Shown here: piece after piece, positions 53,156-64,000 of the stretch
How positions within the stretch are numbered: position 1 is the first letter of the stretch
How the letters are laid out: each line of letters opens with the position of its first letter
Assembly: GCF_964213995.1 (NCBI RefSeq)
Contig: NC_135803.1
Location: 83,762,001-83,826,000, forward strand
DNA: 64,000 nt
Origin: Mustelus asterias
Lineage: Eukaryota
Reading direction: 5' to 3'
Made by a program: the position numbers and the translations under genes
The notes under the pieces: generated by a model
The model's input: only the letters and a program-made list of their open reading frames with translations
Told to the model about the DNA's origin: nothing
Database searches by the model: none

Positions 53156-55536
53156 CTGCCACCCTTACCCAGTCTGTGTTATGTGACTCCAGACACACAC
53201 CCGCATGCCCTCCAAAGTGCCTACAAAGTCATAGTTGTTAGGGCAACTAAGAATGGATAATAAAAGGCAGCATTGTCAGTGATACCCACACCCTGAGGAT
53301 GAGATAAAGGCAGAACGGTAAACAAGCAGCCTTACCCAGGACTGCGCGGAAATCAATTTTTGGGTTGGTGAATCATTAAAGGTGGTTGCATGTGTGAGAA
53401 ATGTTCTGTTTCAAGACAACAATGCAACCAGATAGGTTGGAATTGTAGCAAGGTTTTCTAGACATTCTCACTGAGCTACCTCTTGGCACAGTGTGTTCCT
53501 AAATACAGTAATTCATGCAGTTACTGTTCCTCTGCCATGGAATATTTGGGACACCAGCACTGCTTTATGTACATGCCTTAACCACATCAATGCCTTTTCC
53601 ACATCATTGCCAGACTCCAGGAATGAGAGCTTGGATCTTACTTTTCCCTCCAACCTTACCCAACACTGTCTGAAAACCCCATTGAATTCCTGCTCCCCAG
53701 CCTTTGGGAGTCAGTCCAAATGTGTTTGGGTATTCAGTCTGTGACTCAGTTGTGCAATGTTGTTTGTAACCAACATAGAGTGCGATTCTGTTAGTCACAG
53801 TTGGAACAATTGCCATGCCCAGTAAACAGAATGTAGCATGAAGGGAATCTGCACCATTTACCCTGATCCAACTGCATTCCTTCCCTGTCCTATTCAACAT
53901 TCTCATCTTTCTTCTGACCACTGAACAACCAGTCAGTGGTATAATCCGTTGTGTAAGTGAGGGTGATTCTGTATGTGTGAGTCTGGGTATGAATGTGTGT
54001 TATACGTGTTCGTATGTTTTTAAGTGTGTGAGTGAGTGTGCAAGTGAATGAGGGAGCGAGTGAGTGGTGATACATTTGGGCAGGGGATTGGCAGAATTTA
54101 TGCCCCGGAACAAGGCAATAGGGTTGGTTACATTGAGGTTCTAAAAATAATACCAGCAGTCTGGTTAAGGCACAATCTCAGGGGAAAATGCTAAGCTGTT
54201 GTCAGACTCTGGGCACAGGAACAAAAAGTGGTCAGCTATGTCTGCACAGTCCCACTAATCACAGACATGGTCGGGTGTGTACCTCACTGGATCTGTTGAA
54301 ATTACAATAAATTAAAATATTAAAAAATGAGAGAGGTGTAAATCAGACTGCAGAGTAAAACAAATGAATACTGAAAAGATCACTCTAAAATTACTGCCAC
54401 AGAAATACTTCATTGAATATTGAGCTGGTGCAACACAGGCTGAGATCTATTCAAGGTCTCTTCATTTCACCTCTACTCAGCTCGAGATCAGGATTTCTTA
54501 AAAAGTCAAAACCTGAGTTGCTCATTGCATTTCCAACCCTCGTTTGGCCTCAGCCTGTATCTTTTGGATTTTTCTGAGCATGCCACGGTCAGGAAAGTGT
54601 TAATTTGGGTTTGCTCTGGGAGGTATTGCTGTCGGAATGTATGTGATTGTTAAGTATGTAGGTCAGGAGGAATGTGTCCCATGACTTGCACCAACAGCCG
54701 AGCTTCCCCTCCTCCCATCTTCCCGCCCTGAAGCACATTCTTTGTGAAATGCTTAAACTTTATAGCAGGAAGTTAGGAGCCTACCCAGGCCTTTCCGTCA
54801 TTCCCTTGAGGGTAGGGGAGGGGATAGGAATGTGGGATGTGGGTTTCTGTTGATATTAATACATGGAGCTTTTACTGGAACAGTTAAGTTAAACAAGAAA
54901 AAATGTCAGCATTTATGCTTTAGCACAATTATTTGCAAACTTGCTAAAGAAGGATTATGAGCTGGAACATAAAGCAGAGCCTTTCTCAAACTGTTCCATT
55001 TCATTGAGTCATGACTCCAGCAGTCTGTGCAGCAATTAGTCCAGTGTCCCTGGACTCGATGCTGTTTCCTTAATTATAGAATGCAGGATTACAATTTGTT
55101 CCTCAACATTGGGTAGACGAAGTTCCTAATATTTGTTTTATCTAGAACCGTGTTCTGTGAACAGTCAGTGAGGAACACTGCTCAAACAGGCGTCTTTGTA
55201 CTGCTGTGTGAATCATGCAGAACTTGGCTGACAATGCCCAGCCAGAGATGGATTTGTGAATCACAAATGATTGGTCTCCCATGACTGTTGCACATCAAAC
55301 AAACATGGAGTTAGGAGTGTTCCTTTATTATAATTCCCTAGTTGTCCCAATAACAACAACTTGCCTTTGTATAGCACTTTGAATGTAATACTCATTCTGA
55401 GGTGCTTCATGAGCAGCATCAGACATCATCGAACACCAAGCCAAAGAAGGAAACATCGAAAGGGATGGCTGAAAGCTTGTCAAAAACATGGGTTTTTGGA
55501 GCATCTTAAAGGAGGAGCGTTTTAGGGACAGAATTC

Positions 55537-55935
55537 AGGTGGCACAGTGGTTAGCACTGCTGCCTCACAACTCCAGGGACCCGGGTTTAATTTCGGCCTT
55601 GGGTGACTGTGTGGAGTTTGCACATTCTCCCCATGTCTGCGTGGGTTTCCTCCGGGTGTTCTTGGTTTCCTCCCACACTCCAAAGATGTGCAGGTTAGGT
55701 GAATTGACCATGCTAAATTATCGCTTAATGTCCCAAGATGTGTAGGTTAGGTGGATTACTGGGGTAAATGCATGGGGTTACGGGGATAGTGCATTGGGGT
55801 AGGCCTGGGTCAGATGCTCTAAAAATGCATGGGGTTACGGGGATAGTGCATTGGGGTAGGCCTGGGTCAGATGCTCTGTCAGGGAGTTGGTGCAGACTTG
55901 ATAGGTCAAATGGCACCGTAGGGATCCCATGATTC
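55537..55935 (+). mobile_element. HE1-like SINE with an internal ~55-bp tandem duplication
   Basis: SINE head and core; 55766-55820 repeated at 55823-55877. Confidence 0.85.
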
Positions 55936-56124
55936 AGTGAATTCCAGGCTGAGATGTTGAAGGCACAGGCTGTAGTGGTGGGGAATGTGCAAAAGGTGAG
56001 CCTTCTCAAACTTCTGCCATCCATGTGGTGTAGGTACACTCCCAGTGCTGTTGGGAAGGGAGTTCCAGGATTTTGACACAGCAACAATGCAGAAAAATAC
56101 ATTTCCAAGTCAGGTGGAGGGTAA

Positions 56125-56400
56125 GCAGGTGGTAGTGTTGTGGTATTGTCATTCGACTAGTAGCCCAGTGTAATGCTCTGGGGACCTGGGTTCAAATACT
56201 ACCATGGCAGATGTTGAAATTTGAATTCAATAAAAATATCTGGAATTAAAAGTCTAATGAAACCATTGTTGTAAAAATCCATCTGGTTCATTAATGCCTG
56301 GTCGAGCCAGATCCACTGCAATGTGGTTGAAATTCAGTTCATTGGCCACTAGGGATAGACAAGAAATGATGGCCCAGCCAGTGCCACTCATACCAATAAA
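56125..56400 (+). mobile_element. Second tRNA-related SINE-like repeat family
   Basis: B-box-like GGTTCAAAT and ATTTGAATTCAATAAA core; related pieces at ~7850, ~52810 and 57540-57800 (minus). Confidence 0.5.
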
Positions 56401-56849
56401 ATCAGGATAGTGAGTGGCTTGGAAATAATAGCCACAATATTGTTCCTCTGGCACTCAGGGGGAGGAGAGTGCAGTTAAAGTAAACTTAAGTTGAGTTGCT
56501 AGTTAAGGCTAGTTAAAGTTGAGGTGAGTTCCTAGAGTTACTGTTGGATGCTATCAACCTTTGGACCATTGAGAACTGAGTAGGGATAAAGGGGACAGAA
56601 AGGGGATAGAGCAGTATGGAAAGTGTGGAACCAGTGAAAGGATGGGGCTAGTGAGGGGTGGAATTTGAGTTGTTTTGATAAGATATGTCTTAAGAGCAGG
56701 CAGATGTTCCATGGGAAACAGCAGTATCCTCTGATGGATAACTCTGGCCGCTGGCCACACAAAATGTAAATGAAAGACTTAAATAATTTTATATTAATTG
56801 TTAAAATGGAGGAAATACAGATACTGAAATTAAAGGCCGCATATTTGGC

Positions 56850-57230
56850 GCTCTTGATTCTGAGTCAGAAGTCTATGGATTCCAATCCCACTCCAGAGAC
56901 CTGAATATAATCTAGACTGACATTCCACTGTCATACTGTGGATATTGTCTTTTAGATGAGACATTAAACCAAGGACACATCTGCCTCTCAGGTGGATGTG
57001 AAAGAACTCATGGCACTGCTTTGAAGAAGAGGTGGGGATGTCCTGGCCAATTTTATCCCTCAACAGTATGACTAGAATATCTGGTCAATATCTCATTGCT
57101 CTCAGTGGGATCTTGCTGTGCTCAAATTGATGGCTACATTTCCTATAGTATAGCAGTAGCTACAATTCGGAAGTACCTCATTGGTTGTAACTGGAACGTA
57201 GATATATGCTATAAAAATGCAATTTCTCCA
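56850..57230 (+). mobile_element. DeuSINE/SacSINE1-like SINE
   Basis: Shares its core with 3480-3940. Confidence 0.6.
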
Positions 57231-58273
57231 TTGTCCTTTATGTAAGAGAAACAAACTCAGCAACTCAAAATAAATGACATAACTGGATAATCAGCCACAA
57301 TTGCAGTGAGCCTGGGTTACAAGTGAAATATTCCCCCACAGCAACACCAGATGGCCAGATGAGTAAACTGCAGCAATTGATCCGCATCACAGACTGTCAT
57401 ATAACATCGCAAAGCCCTGCTCTGTGAATGTTACTTCCAAGTGTCCTAGGGCACTGGGTGGACATAAACATTGGAATAAGATATTAATATATATTGGCAC
57501 TGTAATCTGGAGCTTTTGGACTGTTTATTCATTCAGGGGATTTGGGTGTCAACATGGGTGTCAGCTGGCCAGCATTTATTGCTCATCCCTTGAACTGTGT
57601 GGCTCGATCAGCCATTGCAGAGGGCAGTTAAGAGTCAACCACATTGCTGTGGGTCTGGAGTCACATGTGGACCAGACCAGGTAAGGATGGCAGATTTCCT
57701 TCCCTAAAGGTTATTAGTAAACTAGATGGGTTTTTACAACAATCATCAATGGTTTATGGTTATCATTAGACTTTTAATTCCAGATTTTTATTGAATTCAG
57801 TGGATGCTGCAGTCATTCACAGTGAGCCAGATCTGTGATCAATGCCATCAGCAGAAACAGAAACTGGATTTTCTGTGGTACTACAGGGCCATCAGAGGAC
57901 CATGTCCTTGGCAGCTTCTATCCCCATAACTCAGCCTGCATGGATAGCCCGGTCTGTGTTTGATGTTAGGCTGTAGCCTATTCAAAGCAACTGGGGGAAG
58001 ATTCTTCTCCTGCACTCCCCAGCCCAACACAGTGCTGCTGTTCCAGTTCCACTGGGCAATTCACCCTCTTAACATTCAGAAAAGTTCTTATTGGGATTGT
58101 GGAAGTTTTTTTTACTTATGCAGCTATATCCAGCACCTGCTACAGTCCATTAACTCATCTTCAAGAGGATATCTATTTTGACTTGCTATCTCTGCTGATT
58201 TTTTAAAGGTGTTTGATTTTTCAAAAATCAGAATACATTCCCAGATCACATTTGTGTTAAAATCTTCTTCTGA

Positions 58274-58744
<471 letters not shown>

Positions 58745-59189
58745 TAATTGTACAGTTGTGCCTTTCAGATTGTCTTTTATACTGTTAAATTCCTCCTTGG
58801 TGACTTGGTGTGGAAGTAGATAGATTTACTGACGAAAACTAGATTATGACTGATCAACAAGAGGGAATCTTGCCACCCAGCTTTAGGACATTGTGAGCAG
58901 GATTTTCTGGTCACTTGCGTTTCCCAGCGGTGGAGGGTGGCCTGTCGTTGGCCACTGGTGGGATCTTTCAGTCCTGCTGGAGTTTACAGTGTTTTGTACT
59001 GCTCACTCGCCCCGCCAATAGGAAGTCCAACTTTGGCAGGACAGAAAATCCCACCCTAGGGGTTTATGTCCTGTGATTTAATGGGCAATAAAGGCACCAG
59101 ATAATGGAATCACCCCAAAGTAAAATTGAGTCTTGAAGAGATTTAAATCGAAAATTCATATAAATCATGTATTTAGTGCTTGGATTATG

Positions 59190-59515
59190 GATAATTTGCA
59201 TTTATATAGCGCCATTTATATCCTCAGGTTGTCCAAAAGTGCTTTGCAGGTGTGCTTTTGAACTGTAGTCACTGTTATGATCAAACAAATGCAGCAGCCA
59301 ATTTGTGCACAGCAAGCTCCCACAAACAGCCAATGCATAGTGATCAGATGAATGTGGCCAAGATATCAAGGAAAACTCCCCTTGCTGTTTTTCAAAGTAG
59401 TGCTATGTGATCTTCTACATCCACCCAAGAAAGCAAATGGGATCTCAGTTTAACATTTCACCTGAAGTGTGGCAGTGTAGCACTCCCTCAATACTCCACT
59501 TGCATATCAGCCTAT
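59190..59515 (-). mobile_element. DeuSINE/SacSINE1-like SINE
   Basis: Reverse complement of the shared core (gcagccaatttgtgcacagcaagctcccacaaacag). Confidence 0.6.
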
Positions 59516-59549
59516 AGGAGCAACTGATCTGTTTGTTTCTGTGTAATAA

Positions 59550-59768
<219 letters not shown>

Positions 59769-60703
59769 TAGGTGCTATGTTCAGACAAACTCCCCATCAC
59801 TGCGTCTCTGAATAAATTCTCCTTCCTTCCATCTCAATTACTTTAGATATTTTGTACTGGGCGTTGGATAGACTGTGAATTTAACCCCCTCTTTTTAATT
59901 TTTCCTTTTTTTTTACTGTCCCAGTTTCCAAAACAGTCTTTATCTACCTTTTGAAAGAAGTGTAACTGCTAAAACTTGGGATAGGCCATTCGATCTGGTG
60001 GTTTCATGCCAGTGTTAATTCTCCATACGAGCATCCACCCATCATACTTCACCCCACCCTATCACCATATTCCTTTCTCTCTCTTAATATCTAAGCTATT
60101 CATCTCAATTACCCCTTGCTTTAGTGAGGGCAGAATCTTCTGGTGGTGAGCTTGGAGGCAGGAATGGGAGGTCATTTGGTGAGATGGGGAAATACTGAAA
60201 CCCCACCACATTCCCACCTCCGCCAGAATTAAGTTCTGGGTGGGAAGGCCCTTGATTGACTTTGCCAACCCGTCGCCAATTAAGATTCTTAAGTCGCCAA
60301 TTAGTGACCACTTAAGAATCCCATTCCACCACTGCTTGTGGAGGAGCCAGCTGCAGGTGGGTTTGTAGCCACGTGGTGCACATGGGGATTTGACATTGAG
60401 AAGGGGTGCCCACTGGAAGCCACACACTGTCCTTGCTGCCAAACCCCTCCCCCCCCCCTCCACCCACCTTTCTCCCTGTGAACCTCACACCTTGAAACTA
60501 CCTCTGGTCCAAGAGCTGTCAAGATTGATTGGGTGGTAGCTCTCAGTTGGTGAGACTCCCACCCCTGGGGTCTTGATATAAGGGCCAATTCTGCTACTGG
60601 TTTGAAGAGGCAATATCCTTTCTTGGTCTGCCCTATCAGACCCCTTCAGAATATTAAAGACTTCTATCCTGTCACCTTCAGCCTTCAGTGGAAAGATAAG
60701 TGA

Positions 60704-60859
<156 letters not shown>

Positions 60860-61039
60860 TAGACCATTTTATTTTCAGCCGAATTCGAGATGTATTGAAG
60901 TTATATACTGATTAATTTCTTCAGAACTGAGTATCTATCTCTATACTGACCACATCGATGAAACATAGAAAATAGAAGAAGGAGTAGGCCATTCGGTTCT
61001 TCAAGCCTGCTCCACTATTCAGTTTGATCATGGCTGATC

Positions 61040-61188
61040 ATAGAATCCCTACAGTGCAGAAGGAGGCCATTTGGACCAACAACAATCCCAGCCCTATTCC
61101 CATAACCTCACATATTCACCCTGTTAATCCCTTGACACTAGGGTCAATTTAACATGACCAATCAACCTAACCCGCACATCTTTGGACT
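61040..61188 (-). mobile_element. HE1-like SINE 3' fragment inside an old CR1 3' end
   Basis: Reverse complement of the SINE tail and core. Confidence 0.7.
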
Positions 61189-61212
61189 AATCATCAAATT
61201 CAATACCCGATA

Positions 61213-63031
61213 AGTCAGGTGACCCTGAACTATACAAGAAAACCAGATACGATCTAAGGAGATCCATCAAAGACAGTACCTGACCAAGCTAGAGTCCCAG
61301 GTTAGCCACACAGGCCCCCGCCTATGGCAAGGTCTGCAAGAAATTACAGGCTACAAGATGAAGGCATGTAAAACCGCCGGCTCCAATGTACTCCTTCCTG
61401 ATGAGCTCAATGCATCCTATGCCCGTTTTGAGCAAGAGGTCAGCGAGAGCATGCCCTCCACCCTGGAAGCCCTGGATGAACCTGTATCTGGGGTCACCGT
61501 TGCAGATGTCAGAGCAGCATTGTTAAAAGTCAACCCATGGAAAGCAACTGGCCCATATGGGATGCCCGGACGAGCATTCAGATCCTGCGCGGATCAGCTG
61601 GCGGGGGTATTTGCAGACATCTTAAACCTCTCTTTACAACAAGGTAAGGTCCCCATCTGCTTTAAGAAGATGACCATCATCCTGGTACCTAAGAAAAACC
61701 AAGCAGTGTGCCTCAATGACTATCGTCCGGTGGCTCTGACATCCATCATTAGGAAGTGCTTCGAAAGGCTAGTCATGGTACCAGTCAATTCCAACCTCCC
61801 AGACTACCTGGATCCACTACAGTTTGCCTATCACCGCAACAGGTCCACAGCAGACGCCATCTCCCTGGCCCTGCACTCAAGCCTGGAACACCGGGACAAC
61901 AAAGCCACCTATGTCAGACTCCTATTTGTTGACTACAGCTCAGCCTTCAACACTATTATTCCCACGAAACTCATCTCCAAATTCCAGGCCTTGGCTCTTC
62001 CCTCTGCAACTGGATCCTGAACTTCCTAACCCACAGACCGCAATCAGTAAGGATAGGCAACAACACCTCCTCCATGATCATCCTCAACACCAGTGCCCCA
62101 CAAGGCTGTGTCCTCAGCCCCTTACTATACTCCTTATACACCAATGACTGTATGGCCAAATTCCCCTCCAATTCAATTTTCAAGTTTGCTGACGACACCA
62201 CCGTAGTGGGACAGATCTCAAACAATGACGAGACAGAGTACAGGAATGAGATAGAGAATCTGGTGAACTGTTGCGGCGACAATAATCTCTCCCTCAATGT
62301 CAACAAAATGAAGGAGATTATCATCGATTTCAGGAAGCTTAGAGGAGAACATGCCCAGGCCTACATCAATGAGGACGAAGTAGAAAGGGTCGAGAGCTTC
62401 AAGTTTTTAGGTGTCCAGGCCACAAACAACCTGTCCTGGTCCCCCCATGCCGACACTATAGTTACAAAAGCCCACCAACGCCTCTACTTTCTCAGAAGAC
62501 TAAGGAAATTTGGCCTGTCAGCTATGACTCTCACCAACTTTTACAGATGCACCATAGAAAGCATTCTTTCTGGTTGTATCACAGCTTGGAATGGCTCCTG
62601 CTCTGCCCAAGACTGCAAGAAGCTACAAAAGGTCGTGAATGTAGCCCAATCCATCACGCAAACCAACCTCCTATCCATTGACTCTGTCTACACTTCCTGC
62701 TGCCTCAGCAAAGCAGCTAGTATAATTAAGGACCCCACGCACCCCAGACATACTATCTTCCACCTTCTTCCTTCAGGAAAAAGATACAAAAGTCTGAGGT
62801 CAACCGACTCAAGAACAGCTTCTTCCCTGCTGCCATCAGACTTTTGAATGGACCTACCTTGCATTAAGTTGATCTTTCTCTACACCCTAGCTATGATTGT
62901 AACACTACATTCTGTACTCTCTCGTTTCCTGCTCTTTGAACGGTATGCTTTGTCTGTATAGCACGCAAGAAACAATACTTTTCACTGTATGCTAATACCT
63001 GTGACAATAATAAACCAAACCAAATCAAATC
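61213..63031 (+). mobile_element. Rex1/Babar-like LINE, 5'-truncated
   Basis: [51 protein letters not shown] and KFADDTT motifs across frameshifted ORFs; AATAAA plus (CAAA[C/T])n tail. Confidence 0.88.
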
Positions 63032-63280
63032 TAATCCCACCTTCCCCCCAAATTCCTTAATCCCATTAGCCCCAAGAGCTTTGTCTAATTTCGTCTTGAA
63101 ATCGCACAATGTTTTGGCCTCAATTACTTTCCGTGGTATTGAATTTCACACATTCACCACTCTCTGGGTTAAGAAATTATCATGTGTACATGACCACACA
63201 AAAAAATTAAAGTGTCTGCACTTAAAGAGGTCACCCACGCACTTGATAAAAATATCAGAAGGAATGCTGGATGTAAGTAA

Positions 63281-63526
<246 letters not shown>

Positions 63527-63567
63527 TAAATGTTTTTTGTTGCTTTAACATAAATGTCTTCTCATTT

Positions 63568-64000
63568 CATAAGAAATCGGAGCAGGAATAGGCCATTCAG
63601 CCCATCGAGCCTGCTCCACCATTTAATAAGATCATGGTTAAACTGATTGTGGCCTTAACTCCACTTTCTTACCTGTCCCTCATGACCTTTGATTCACTTG
63701 TAGATCCTGCCTAACTCAGCCTTGAATATATTTAATGGCCCAGCCTCCACTGCTGTCTGGGAAGAGAATTCCAAAGCCCTCTGAGAGAAGAAATTCCTCC
63801 ATCATCTCCATCTTAAACGGGAGACCCCTTTTTCTAAAACTGTGGTCCTTAGTTCTAGATCCCTTTTGAGGGAAACATTATTACTACATTTACCTTGCCA
63901 AGCCTCCTCAGATCACCTCTCATTCTCCGACATGTCAATGAGCATAGGCCCAACCTGCTCAACCTTTCCTAAAGAGACAAAGCCCTCATCCCAAGAACCA
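63568..64000 (-). mobile_element. Old CR1 3' end fragment
   Basis: CATAAGAA tail and ggccattcagcccatcgagcctgctcc motif, as at 32055. Confidence 0.78.

Overview
Vertebrate genomic DNA, very probably a shark or other cartilaginous fish, judged from the HE1-like and DeuSINE-like SINEs, abundant CR1 LINEs and Penelope elements. The only host gene is angiomotin-like 2 (AMOTL2) on the + strand. Nine coding exons run from 30275 to 63521 with GT-AG boundaries and consistent phases (716 codons); the C-terminal exon(s) lie beyond the window. The rest is transposon-rich: CR1 (some nested three deep), Rex1/Babar, Penelope with minimal hammerhead ribozymes, SINEs, GC-rich non-autonomous TIR elements and several minisatellites. 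The most striking observation is an intronless, rearranged fragment of the mitochondrial fusion GTPase OPA1. It sits inside a non-autonomous DNA transposon in an AMOTL2 intron and forms a 79-bp hairpin that is fully paired (two G-U) on the AMOTL2-sense strand. Several TEAD motif clusters fit AMOTL2 being a YAP/TAZ target. Repeat boundaries were read by eye and are approximate; family names rest on recognition, not a database search.
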